Source: an uncultured Streptococcus sp. (lineage in GTDB: Bacteria > Bacillota > Bacilli > Lactobacillales > Streptococcaceae). Taken from it: a stretch of DNA of 64,000 nucleotides. Each line of letters begins with the position of its first letter. The first letter of the stretch is position 1. This document shows, piece by piece, positions 30,280 to 38,871 of this stretch. The notes below the pieces were generated by a model. That model searched no databases, was not told where the DNA came from, and worked only from the letters and a program-made list of their open reading frames with translations. The stretch is taken from assembly GCA_938020365.1 (NCBI GenBank), contig CALIIB010000107.1, positions 292-64,291 on the forward strand, given 5' to 3'. The position numbers were made by a program, and so were the translations under genes.

Positions 30280-30732
30280 ATGCTTGTCACTTATCCAGCT
30301 TTATTTTATTATGATGATACAGATGGAGCTAATGCTCCTTACTTTGTCACTTTCCCAGACTTTGAGCATTCAGCAACCCAAGGTGAGGATATGGCAGACG
30401 CTATGGCAATGGCTAGCGATTGGTTAGGTATTAACCTAGCGGACTATATCGAGAATGGGCGAGATATTCCCACTCCTAGCCCTATTAACACCTTATCTTT
30501 AGCTGATAATAATCCTTTTCGCGATGATGAGGGTATAACACTGACTTATGACCCCAGCAAATCCTTTGTCTCAATGGTTATGGTTGACGTTGCCGAGTAT
30601 CTAGGCAGCCAAGAGCCTGTAAAGAAAACACTCACTATCCCACGTTGGGCAGATAATCTAGGGCGTGAATTAGGTTTGAACTTCTCACAGACCCTAACAG
30701 ACGCTATTGCTGATAAAAAAATCCATGCTTAA
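30280..30732 (+). CDS. hicB: HicB-family antitoxin
   Basis: 150 aa. N-terminal YPALFYYDDTD..YFVTFPDF..ATQGEDMADAMAMASDWL is a HicB fold. C-terminal RHH-like TIPRWADNLGRELGLNFSQTL. Confidence 0.85.
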   Translation: MLVTYPALFYYDDTDGANAPYFVTFPDFEHSATQGEDMADAMAMASDWLGINLADYIENGRDIPTPSPINTLSLADNNPFRDDEGITLTYDPSKSFVSMVMVDVAEYLGSQEPVKKTLTIPRWADNLGRELGLNFSQTLTDAIADKKIHA

Positions 30733-30848
30733 TAATTAACTATGATATAATTGACTTATAAACAGAGCTTTTCCATCTCCCCTTGAAACAGACTTTTCTG
30801 CGGTAGGAGGTGGGACGGTTCTGTTTTTACCATAAAGGAGTATTTAAC

Positions 30849-31058
30849 ATGGCAAAAGTTAAAGAAAAATGGAACCCAACAATATCCCATATTGTCCCTA
30901 AAGGTACCAAACTAGCAGACGGTACAATATTAGACAAAGAAACAGCCTTAACACAAGAAGAATTTGCTAAAAATCCCCCTGTTATTCCGAAAGGACACTC
31001 TTTTTATAATATTTGGAATAGAATTCTCAGAGAAAAGATAGAAAAAGACGAATTATAA
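30849..31058 (+). CDS. Hypothetical small protein
   Basis: 69 aa from the ATG at 30849, with SD AAAGGAG. No motif recognised. Confidence 0.5.
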   Translation: MAKVKEKWNPTISHIVPKGTKLADGTILDKETALTQEEFAKNPPVIPKGHSFYNIWNRILREKIEKDEL

Positions 31059-31117
31059 AAATACAGTAGGCTTGCGCGTGATAATCGCGTGAATCAGTAT
31101 TGTTGACGTTAACATAA

Positions 31118-31145
31118 TTGATAACCACGCGCTCCATGGTATAAT
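31118..31145 (+). promoter_or_regulatory. Strong outward-facing promoter at the island right end
   Basis: TTGATA, 16 nt, then TGgTATAAT (extended -10). No SD-led ORF lies downstream. Confidence 0.55.
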
Positions 31146-31212
31146 ATACCTATCAGCAATCAGAAACTAAAGTATGGAAAAGTATGTACATATTTCGTCA
31201 GAAAACAAAAAA

Positions 31213-31238
31213 AGCACCTTGTGGGGTGCTAGTTTCTT
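31213..31238 (+). terminator. Terminator-like hairpin 1
   Basis: AGCACC-ttgtgg-GGTGCT followed by AGTTTCTT. Confidence 0.5.
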
Positions 31239-31263
31239 GCCTGCTGAACTCATCAAATTTCAC

Positions 31264-31285
31264 GCCCTTTTTGAGGGCTTTTTTT
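31264..31285 (+). terminator. Rho-independent terminator abutting attR
   Basis: GCCCT-ttttg-AGGGC followed by TTTTTTT. The T-run runs into the att repeat. Confidence 0.65.
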
Positions 31286-31304
31286 GTTCACCTTTTTGTG
31301 GACT
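31283..31304. repeat. attR core (direct repeat)
   Basis: TTTGTTCACCTTTTTGTGGACT, identical to 18168-18189. Confidence 0.85.
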
Positions 31305-31488
31305 CCTGAAGAATATCAAAGATGAACTAATATTGGTATTCTTGCTGTAAACCGCTATAAACCACTGTAAAGAGACACTAAAGAATATATAAAATCATGG
31401 TTTTTCTAAATTTCTTCAAATGTCATAGTTTTCTCCTTTTGTTTATTAATACTCTTATCAAAATATGCTACTAGCAGTCATAGGTATT

Positions 31489-31947
31489 TTAGACCCTTTT
31501 CTCCATCTCCACAAAGAGATGAATATCACCATTGCTTTCCTGCGGGATGCGCCTCACCACTTCAAAGCCCATGTTGAGATAAAGCTGTTGGGCTCGGTGA
31601 TTGAAATCAGCCACGGATAGACTTATGACTCGGGACGCAAAATTTTCCATAATAAAGTCCAGAATTTCCTGCAAAAATACAGCGCCCTGACCTTTTCCGC
31701 AGTGCTCCGGCTTCATCCCCAAACCAAGCTCCAAAGTTCGCTCTCCTTTCTGCTCTAAGCAGAAAAATCCATAGAGTTCTCCTTCACTCAGGACTTGATA
31801 ATAACGGTCTCCACGCGCTTCTAGGGATATTATTTCTTCATAATCCTCCAGATCATTTTCCATATCATAAAAGTCATAAGGCGCCTCGTAATGCCAATCA
31901 TTGGCAATTTCTAAAGCATGCTGCTGAGTTAATTGTTCGATCTTCAT
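31489..31947 (-). CDS. GNAT-family N-acetyltransferase
   Basis: 152 aa with the acetyl-CoA motif ...HCGKGQGAVFL. Confidence 0.8.
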   Translation of the reverse strand: MKIEQLTQQHALEIANDWHYEAPYDFYDMENDLEDYEEIISLEARGDRYYQVLSEGELYGFFCLEQKGERTLELGLGMKPEHCGKGQGAVFLQEILDFIMENFASRVISLSVADFNHRAQQLYLNMGFEVVRRIPQESNGDIHLFVEMEKRV

Positions 31948-31962
31948 CTTCTCCTCTTTTCT

Positions 31963-32388
31963 CTAAAATCCCCAATAAAATCGTTTCTGGTCTTCTTTTT
32001 CGCTGCAGCCAAGACTGCGGTAAAATTCATGGGCTGAAGAGCGAGAAATACCTGAATTAATCCGAATCCCTGTGTAGCCTGCGGCTTTTGCCTCTTCACG
32101 CAAAGTTTGCATCAGCGCTCTGCCATGTCCCTGCCCTTGAAAATCCTGAGCGACGGCCAAAGCCAAGAGATTGAGCAAGGACGGGAAATAGAGACAGTCG
32201 TAGCTAGCCGCATGAGCGTAGCCTATGACCTGATCGTCTTCTTCAACTACCAAAATCAAATGCTGGTCATTCTCTAGCAGCCTCTTCAGTTGAGCCTCCG
32301 TCGCTTCCCTATCAAAGTCATAGCCCAGACACTCAGCATTAAGTCGCTGAATAGCTGCGGCGTCTCTTAGTTTTACCTTACGAATCAT
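31963..32388 (-). CDS. GNAT-family N-acetyltransferase
   Basis: 141 aa with the motif VAQDFQGQGHGRALM. Confidence 0.85.
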   Translation of the reverse strand: MIRKVKLRDAAAIQRLNAECLGYDFDREATEAQLKRLLENDQHLILVVEEDDQVIGYAHAASYDCLYFPSLLNLLALAVAQDFQGQGHGRALMQTLREEAKAAGYTGIRINSGISRSSAHEFYRSLGCSEKEDQKRFYWGF

Positions 32389-32451
32389 CTGTCACCTCGT
32401 TCTTCTCTTTATTATAGCAGAAAAGCAGTCTCTTTGACTGCTTTCAATGAA

Positions 32452-33396
32452 CTATTCTCCCATCTGTCCCTTCAACCAAGACTCCGCCTCTTCTAAAGGC
32501 TGGTCTGTTAGGACATCGGGCTGGATTGCCACATTCTCATAAAGCTTGCCCGTACGATCTAGGATACTCGAGGTAGTCAAGAGTAAAACTGCTCCATCAT
32601 ACAGTTGATAATAATTATTTCCCGTAGTATAGCTTGCCGTTGGCTGACCAAAAATTTTAACATTTTCAAGTCCCTTAAAAGCTAAAACAGTCATCTCTCC
32701 TGAGCTTCCTGTACGTTCATTGGCAAGGACGGCTATTGGCACTTTCTTTGCTTTCTCATCAGTCTGCTCCAGACCAAGCTGCTTAAGGATATCTGATCGA
32801 GAAACCGCGCTCTTGCTTCCATTTTTATAAACGAATTGAAAGAGGTCTTCATCAGGCAAAAGAGAGGACAGCCCAGCAATCATCGGATACATATTCCCGC
32901 CAGTATTGTCTCTCAAATCCACAAGAACCGCCTGATAGTCATCCTTTTTAAGAGCTGCTGACAGCTTGTTGGCATAAGCTTTCGCTGCCTGTGCGTCACC
33001 AGTGAAAGCAGGAACTTTTACATAGAGAATACCCTCCCGATTCTGCACTTCAGGCTGATTTTTGCTTTCTGGACTGTTTTCAGGATTATCCTGTGGGCTT
33101 AAAAAATAAGAATGCTTCCCGCCAGCCTCTTTGGTTAATTTTTCCAAGACAGGATAGGTGTCTTGATAAGTCTTGGCTGATTCAAGCTTCTCTAAAGCTT
33201 TCTTTTTCTCATTTTCCCAATCTTTATCCGTATAAAGACCAAAATCAAGCTTTTTCACAACCGAGCGAGCGTAGTCCTGCGGACTAGGTGGAAAAAGAAA
33301 AATTCCATAGTCTGGACCAAAGTAGACTAGAAAACCTATTAAAAGAGCAAGCAAAACCAGTACTGTTCCCAAGCAACCTAAAAGAACTTTTTTCAT
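32452..33396 (-). CDS. S41-family peptidase, membrane-anchored
   Basis: Motifs VLVDLRDNTGGN and TGSSGEM. Start set at MKKVLLGCLG (ATG at 33396), because the predicted -10 at 33433-33438 lies downstream of the ORF-track start. Confidence 0.8.
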   Translation of the reverse strand: MKKVLLGCLGTVLVLLALLIGFLVYFGPDYGIFLFPPSPQDYARSVVKKLDFGLYTDKDWENEKKKALEKLESAKTYQDTYPVLEKLTKEAGGKHSYFLSPQDNPENSPESKNQPEVQNREGILYVKVPAFTGDAQAAKAYANKLSAALKKDDYQAVLVDLRDNTGGNMYPMIAGLSSLLPDEDLFQFVYKNGSKSAVSRSDILKQLGLEQTDEKAKKVPIAVLANERTGSSGEMTVLAFKGLENVKIFGQPTASYTTGNNYYQLYDGAVLLLTTSSILDRTGKLYENVAIQPDVLTDQPLEEAESWLKGQMGE

Positions 33397-33466
33397 AATT
33401 GCACAACCTTTCTTGTGAGGATTCCTGAGCTGATTATAGCAAAATAGAGACACGTTTTCCATGTCT

Positions 33467-33510
33467 CTATCTTACATTTATCATCGTCAATCTTACATTT
33501 TTGTAAGATT
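33467..33510 (-). promoter_or_regulatory. Bce-type response-regulator operator (inverted repeat plus proximal half-site)
   Basis: Perfect inverted repeat AATCTTACA-TTTT-TGTAAGATT (33489-33510), plus ATCTTACA (33469-33476). Lies about 50 nt upstream of TATAAT (33438-33433, minus strand). Confidence 0.6.
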
Positions 33511-33533
33511 ATTTTATTTTAATCTACAAAAGC

Positions 33534-33803
33534 TTATTTCCATCTTTCACTCTTGGAAAAGGCAATTATGAGACCAGAACCAGCTAGAACCGCTAAAATA
33601 ACAAGACAGATATTTTTCAGAGGATATAGCCAGTCTTTATTTTCCTCATGCCATCTTGACTTCCAAAGGCCAACATAATCAGCGCTCATATGTTCGGGTT
33701 GATTCAGCTGGATATTGATTACAATAGCTAGTAAGATAAGGGCAAGTAAAGCAAGCGCAATCAGCCAAACTTTCTTCTTTTTCGTTAGGTTAAAATTCTT
33801 CAT
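33534..33803 (-). CDS. Small membrane protein (2 TM)
   Basis: 89 aa with two hydrophobic helices. No family recognised. Confidence 0.55.
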   Translation of the reverse strand: MKNFNLTKKKKVWLIALALLALILLAIVINIQLNQPEHMSADYVGLWKSRWHEENKDWLYPLKNICLVILAVLAGSGLIIAFSKSERWK

Positions 33804-33845
33804 TCTTTTCTCCTTCTACTTTCTGTTTAAAAGAACTTTTTTATA

Positions 33846-35246
33846 CTACTTTTCTTTCACTTCTATTTCTGAATGACGATAGCCATAGCCAAAGTAAATC
33901 AAAATTCCCAAAAGCAGGGCAATGCCAAAGGCCAACCAAGTGTCCCACGTGTATTGAGTCATAAAGGAAAGGCAGATGACAATGGACAAAATCGGAGTTA
34001 GAGGCACCAGCGGAGTTTTAAACTCTCCTGCCTTGGGCTGCCCCTTTTCCTTCCGCAACTTCAAAATGGCAAAGGCCAGCATAATCAAATAGGCCAACGT
34101 ACAGATGTTGAGGAAAGAGGCAATGCTAGCAAGAGGAAAGATACCCGCACAGATAGCCGAGGCAATCCCCACCAAGACAGTAGCATTTTGGGGCACGCGG
34201 CTAGTAGCAGTCAATTCCTTGAAAGACCGCGGTAAAAGTCCATCACGCGCTATGCTGTAAATCATCCGAGACAAGGCATAGGTCATGGAGATACAGACCG
34301 TGATCAGGGTCAAAATAGCCACGATAGAGACATAATTGGCCGCCCAATCCAGCCCAATACTGCGAAGGGAGAAGGCTACTGCATCTGGGACATTTAGCTT
34401 GGTATAGTGGACCAAGCCTGTCAAGACCAAGGTTACTAAGATATAGAGGATGGTCACAATCCCAAGGGAAAGAACAATGCCGCGCGGAACATTTTTTTGA
34501 GGCTCTTTGATCTCATCCACAGACATAGAAATCGACTCAAAGCCCAGAAAAGCAAAGAACATCAGAGAAGCTCCAGCCATAATCCCCGTCTGACCGCCAT
34601 AGATCTGACCAAAACCGAAAGGTGCAAAGTTGGACCAATTCTCAGGTCGAAGATGGAAAAGCCCAACGAGAATAAAGAGAGCCAAGGCTGAGAATTTGAG
34701 GACGACCAAGGCTGAGTTAAAGCGCAGGGCAGCTTTTGAGTTTAGAAGTACCACGCCTGTCACAAAGACCAAAACCAGAATAGGCAACAAATCCACATAA
34801 GTCCCTGCTTTTGGATTGAATGTGCCATTCAAGGCTGTCGGTAGCTGGATATGAAAGCCGCTCAAAAGCCCTTTCAAGTAAGAACCCCAGCCAGAAGCTA
34901 CACCTGATATAGCTGTCATAAATTCCATAATGGTCAGCCAACCAGCCAGCCAAGCCGGAAATTCTCCTAAAACAGCGTAAATATAGCTGTAAGCTCCGCC
35001 ATTAGCCGGAACTCGAGAGGCAAACTCCGCATAAAATAGGGCAGAGATGCTGACACATAGGGCAGAAATCACGATCGACACAATCAGAGCTGGACCAGCA
35101 TAAGTCGCCGCACCAATTCCTGTAACCGTGAAAATCCCTGTACCAACCATGGCACCGATCCCTAAAAGAATCAAATCCATCAGTTTCAGGTGCCGCCGCA
35201 TTCCCGTCCTGTTTTTACTGGCATCTTTTTTTCGAAAAATATTCAT
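33846..35246 (-). CDS. APC-family amino acid / cationic amino acid permease
   Basis: About 466 aa and 12-14 TM segments. N-terminal LILLGIGAMVGTGIFTVTG signature. ATG at 35246 with SD GGAGGGAG. Confidence 0.85.
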   Translation of the reverse strand: MNIFRKKDASKNRTGMRRHLKLMDLILLGIGAMVGTGIFTVTGIGAATYAGPALIVSIVISALCVSISALFYAEFASRVPANGGAYSYIYAVLGEFPAWLAGWLTIMEFMTAISGVASGWGSYLKGLLSGFHIQLPTALNGTFNPKAGTYVDLLPILVLVFVTGVVLLNSKAALRFNSALVVLKFSALALFILVGLFHLRPENWSNFAPFGFGQIYGGQTGIMAGASLMFFAFLGFESISMSVDEIKEPQKNVPRGIVLSLGIVTILYILVTLVLTGLVHYTKLNVPDAVAFSLRSIGLDWAANYVSIVAILTLITVCISMTYALSRMIYSIARDGLLPRSFKELTATSRVPQNATVLVGIASAICAGIFPLASIASFLNICTLAYLIMLAFAILKLRKEKGQPKAGEFKTPLVPLTPILSIVICLSFMTQYTWDTWLAFGIALLLGILIYFGYGYRHSEIEVKEK

Positions 35247-35376
35247 AAAATCTCCCTCCAAAGCATAGATGGTTTATTATATCATAGATTATTGGATTTA
35301 CCAAAATCTCTTTTAAAATGCCACTTTATCGTTTGGCAAAGAAATACAAAATAAGAAGCTGGGAAAACCCAACTTC

Positions 35377-37365
35377 TTACATAGAGACAATTTTACGATA
35401 ACTGCGAGAAGTAATCATGAAGACAATCACATAGCTGATAAAGAAGATTGCACAGACACCCAGTGTCACAGCCAGCATGAGAGCTGAGTTAAGAACACCA
35501 AGAGCAGACAAGATCAAGCTCAGCATATGATAGGCAAAGGTCAGATGGATAAAGGCAAAGGCCAGCGGCAGGAAGAAAACAATCAAGATCTGTTTCCGAA
35601 TGGTTTGTCTGATTTGCTTCTCATCCAGACCGACCTTTTGTAGAATCACAAAGCGATCCCGATCCTCGTACCCTTCTGAAATCTGCTTGTAGTAGATGAT
35701 GAGGATGGTTCCCAGCATAAAGACGATTGATAGGAAGATACCGATGAAGAACATGCCACCCAGCATACCTTTGATTTCTTGCTTATCAAAAGCCGTTACC
35801 GAACCATATACCGCTTGATTTTCAGGCAAGGTCTGATTAAACTGCTGCAATTTTTCTTGATAAGCATCCCTCAGATTACGCTGTTCTTCCGTTGACAGCT
35901 TTGTATCAAGCCAGCCATAATAATTAAGGTTTACAGCATATTTATCTGTCATTGCAGAGAATATTTGGTCAGGATTTTTAAGAACCATGTAGATTTTCTC
36001 TGGGACGATCATGTTCATCTGATCAGGTAAATGGCCAAAGATAAAGTCTTCTTTGAGTTCTTCCTTGATTTTAAAGGTCTGGCCAGCCAGCTGTAAGTCT
36101 TGCTTGGAATCTAACTTCACACCTTGCTGATAAAGTGCCACTTCATCATCCCCAAGATCAAGACTTTTCCCCGTCATACTCTGATAATCCGCTTCTGAAA
36201 TAGCCAAAATATACGTTTTCGGTGTGACAAATTTTTGAGCGGCAGCATTGATATCGAGCTGGTTGCCAGCACGACTTGTCACTCCCATCGTATAGTATGG
36301 ATAGACACCTTTCTTAGTGACTGGTAACTGTTGCTCATTCACAAACTCTGTCAGCACTTGGTCCATCTGCTCACCTGTGGTTCCTTTTCCTTGAATGCTA
36401 AAATCATGAGGAAACATAGCCTTTTGCATGTAGTCACCGCCAGCATAGATATTAGCTCCGCCAGATAAGGTTACCAAAACCATGGTTGATAGGATGGCAA
36501 TTGTTGCCAAGCCCACCGCATTTTTCTTCATGCGGAAAATCAGGTTGGAAACGGAAATCATGTTATTAGGTTGGTAATAATAGGACTTCCTTTTTTTCAA
36601 AAATTGTAGAAAGACTGTAATTCCAGCATTAAAGAGTAGATAGGTGCCTAGAATCACAAAGAGCACTGCGACAAAGAATGTAAAGACTGCTGACAAGGGA
36701 TTGGTCACTCCTAGTGCAAGGAAATAACCGTATGCCAAGGCTGCAAGCCCCAGTAGTGTCTGCAGGAATAAAAAGCGACTTTTCTTTTCTCCGCTATTCT
36801 TCTCTTTGACCAATTGCAACGCATCAAGCTTTCTCAGACGCAGACCATTGCTAATCATCAAGCAGAAAAAGACAAAGGCATAGAAAACAGCAACCGCGAT
36901 AACGACAGCAGGCTGAAAAGTTGACACCAAGACGACCTTTATCGCCATGATTTTTAGCAAGAGAGCATAGATCAACTGGTCAAATAAGAGCCCAATCCCT
37001 AGTCCAAGGATAAGGGTGACCAGACCAAATACTAGTAATTCAATTACCACCATGACAAAGAGGTGGAATTTATTGAGCCCTAGCACACTGTAGAGGCCCA
37101 GCTCTTTGGAGCGATTCTTGAAAACAAAGCTATTAGCATAAAAGACGATAATGCTGGTCGTGATGCTGACAATCACCATCCCAAAAGATAGCACCATAGA
37201 AACGGCGCTTGCCCCCGTCATTTTTACTAAATTAGGATTAAAGGTCAGGGAGAAAAAGATGTAGGAGATGGCGATAGCCAGACAAGTCGCCAGAGCGAAA
37301 GGATAATAAAGCTTACGATTTTTGATTAAGTTAGAAAGCGCAAGCTTACTAGTTAATCTAAGCAT
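35377..37365 (-). CDS. BceB-type (FtsX-domain) ABC permease, copy 1
   Basis: About 662 aa and 10 TM segments, with a large extracellular domain between TM7 and TM8. Start MLRLTSKLALSNLIKNRKLYYPF overlaps the ATPase stop by 8 nt. Confidence 0.88.
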   Translation of the reverse strand: MLRLTSKLALSNLIKNRKLYYPFALATCLAIAISYIFFSLTFNPNLVKMTGASAVSMVLSFGMVIVSITTSIIVFYANSFVFKNRSKELGLYSVLGLNKFHLFVMVVIELLVFGLVTLILGLGIGLLFDQLIYALLLKIMAIKVVLVSTFQPAVVIAVAVFYAFVFFCLMISNGLRLRKLDALQLVKEKNSGEKKSRFLFLQTLLGLAALAYGYFLALGVTNPLSAVFTFFVAVLFVILGTYLLFNAGITVFLQFLKKRKSYYYQPNNMISVSNLIFRMKKNAVGLATIAILSTMVLVTLSGGANIYAGGDYMQKAMFPHDFSIQGKGTTGEQMDQVLTEFVNEQQLPVTKKGVYPYYTMGVTSRAGNQLDINAAAQKFVTPKTYILAISEADYQSMTGKSLDLGDDEVALYQQGVKLDSKQDLQLAGQTFKIKEELKEDFIFGHLPDQMNMIVPEKIYMVLKNPDQIFSAMTDKYAVNLNYYGWLDTKLSTEEQRNLRDAYQEKLQQFNQTLPENQAVYGSVTAFDKQEIKGMLGGMFFIGIFLSIVFMLGTILIIYYKQISEGYEDRDRFVILQKVGLDEKQIRQTIRKQILIVFFLPLAFAFIHLTFAYHMLSLILSALGVLNSALMLAVTLGVCAIFFISYVIVFMITSRSYRKIVSM

Positions 37366-38125
37366 GAGCTTCCACCTCACTTGCCATAACCGTCAGAGTA
37401 TCGGAAATCTCTTGGAACATCTGCCGCTCGGTCTTGTTGCCGCGGAAGATTTGATTGTAGAGAATCCCATCCTTGATAAAGAGCACCCGCTTGGCCCGAC
37501 TAGCTGCCGAAGTCGAGTGGGTTACCATGAGAATGGTTTGGCCGCGATCATTGATGTCGTCAAAGACATCCAAGAGAGCCGCCGAAGACTTAGAATCCAG
37601 CGCTCCTGTTGGCTCATCCGCCAACAAGATCTCAGGCTCAGTGATAATAGCGCGGGCTACCGCCACCCGCTGCTTTTGACCACCAGAAATTTCATATGGA
37701 AACTTCTCTTGGAGTTTATTTATCCCCAGTTCGTTGCAGGTCGTAACTAGCTTTTGCATCATTTCGGTAATAGGACGACGAGAGAGCACCAAAGGCAGCA
37801 GGATATTATCCTTGACCGATAAGGTATCCAGCAAGTTAAAATCTTGAAAGACAAAGCCTAATTTTTCTCGGCGGAAGCTGGAAGCCTGGCTGTTTTTGAT
37901 GGTTGCTGTGTCAGTTCCGTTAAGAAAGACGCGGCCCTCAGTTGGCTTGTCCAGCATGGCTAGGATGTTGAGCAGGGTAGATTTCCCAGAACCTGATTCC
38001 CCCATGATGGCGACATATTCGCCTTTCTCCACTGTAAAGTGAATGTCCTTTAGCGCCTCTACTTGGCTGCCCTGAAAGCGAGTTTTATAAATCTTTTTCA
38101 CGTGTTGTACATCTAATAATGTCAT
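37358..38125 (-). CDS. BceA-type ABC ATPase, copy 1
   Basis: 255 aa. Walker A GESGSGKST, signature SGGQKQR and Walker B LLADEPT. Confidence 0.93.
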   Translation of the reverse strand: MTLLDVQHVKKIYKTRFQGSQVEALKDIHFTVEKGEYVAIMGESGSGKSTLLNILAMLDKPTEGRVFLNGTDTATIKNSQASSFRREKLGFVFQDFNLLDTLSVKDNILLPLVLSRRPITEMMQKLVTTCNELGINKLQEKFPYEISGGQKQRVAVARAIITEPEILLADEPTGALDSKSSAALLDVFDDINDRGQTILMVTHSTSAASRAKRVLFIKDGILYNQIFRGNKTERQMFQEISDTLTVMASEVEAHA

Positions 38126-38290
38126 ACTTGAACCTCTTTTTTTATTTATATGTAAAATGGTTATTTAGCTTAGCTTTCAATGCTTTATTAGCTGGCTCTG
38201 CTCCAAGATTACCTGAGCCACTGCCCCTACTGAAAGCAAACTAAAAACGATACTATTATCATACCGAAAAGCCCGATAAGTTTCCATAAG

Positions 38291-38331
38291 CTAATCTTTC
38301 ATTTTGGACGCTAATCTTACATTTTTGTCAC
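38291..38331 (-). promoter_or_regulatory. Bce-type operator/promoter module upstream of BceAB copy 1
   Basis: Minus strand reads GTGACAAAAATGTAAGATT-N8-AAAATGAAAGATTAG. The same architecture occurs at 38872-38912, 54308-54352 and 33467-33510. Confidence 0.6.
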
Positions 38332-38450
38332 TTAGCGATTTTCCCGTTATGGAAAAACCTGATGTTCATTAGAGAGAGCAGGCTGTATGATTTGGGCTGC
38401 TTTCCCAGTTTGCCTCTTTAAACTTTCAGTTACATTTGGGCAAAAAGGCG

Positions 38451-38627
38451 GTAGGACTGGGAAAAAAGGCCTAGCCTCTCAATTGTCTTTGGATTGTCGA
38501 GCAAGACGCAGTGGTTGAGTGGGCTCTACTACGCTGATTTCATCAGCTTTTACAGCCCTACTCAACTGTGCGGAGGTGGGACGACGAAATCGAATTCTAA
38601 CGAATGACCGATTTCTGTCCCACTCTC
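38451..38627. repeat. MITE-like intergenic repeat, copy 2 of 3
   Basis: Near-identical to 719-893 and 38988-39171. The left terminal repeat is slightly degenerate. Confidence 0.85.
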
Positions 38628-38651
38628 CAGCCCCTTCACTGCATCTGCTTC

Positions 38652-38783
38652 TTAATGACTATATTGTAGCCAGAAATAATACTGGCTTGATGCACAACCC
38701 AGTCTGGTTTTTTCGATTTCTTCTTTGGAAATCTTTTGCGCCATTTGTGTTTTTTGTTTATGGTTGAAGAGATTTGTTTTCAT
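38652..38783 (-). CDS. Candidate 43-aa small protein (absent from the ORF track)
   Basis: SD AAAGGAGG lies 6 nt upstream of the ATG at 38783. Sequence MKTNLFNHKQKTQMAQKISKEEIEKTRLGCASSQYYFWLQYSH. Preceded by a Bce-type operator/promoter module. Confidence 0.45.
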   Translation of the reverse strand: MKTNLFNHKQKTQMAQKISKEEIEKTRLGCASSQYYFWLQYSH

Positions 38784-38871
38784 AGTGGGCCTCCTTTTAT
38801 TTGGATATTATTTGTGATTTGTTTTTCCTTACATCTATATGATATAAAATTCCCCGTCCCGCTACCATCGA

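Larger units (their letters stand above)
18168..31304. mobile_element. Integrated phage-satellite / PICI-like chromosomal island (13,137 bp)
   Basis: Bounded by a perfect 22-bp direct repeat. Carries an integrase, a repressor/cro switch, Bro-N, Rha, excisionase-like HTH proteins, and Rep followed by iterons. No capsid, tail, terminase or lysis genes. Its main operon runs opposite to the flanking core genes. Confidence 0.85.

Noticed and set aside
37322-37750. Antisense ORFs conserved between the two BceA loci (37322-37750 and 37473-37679 versus 52599-52850 and 52750-52956)
   Set aside because: Their apparent conservation is simply a consequence of the duplicated ATPase genes on the opposite strand.
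38519-38767. 82-aa plus-strand ORF in the track
   Set aside because: It begins inside MITE-like repeat copy 2, and the same repeat is non-coding at its other two copies. It is also antisense to the better-supported 43-aa ORF.
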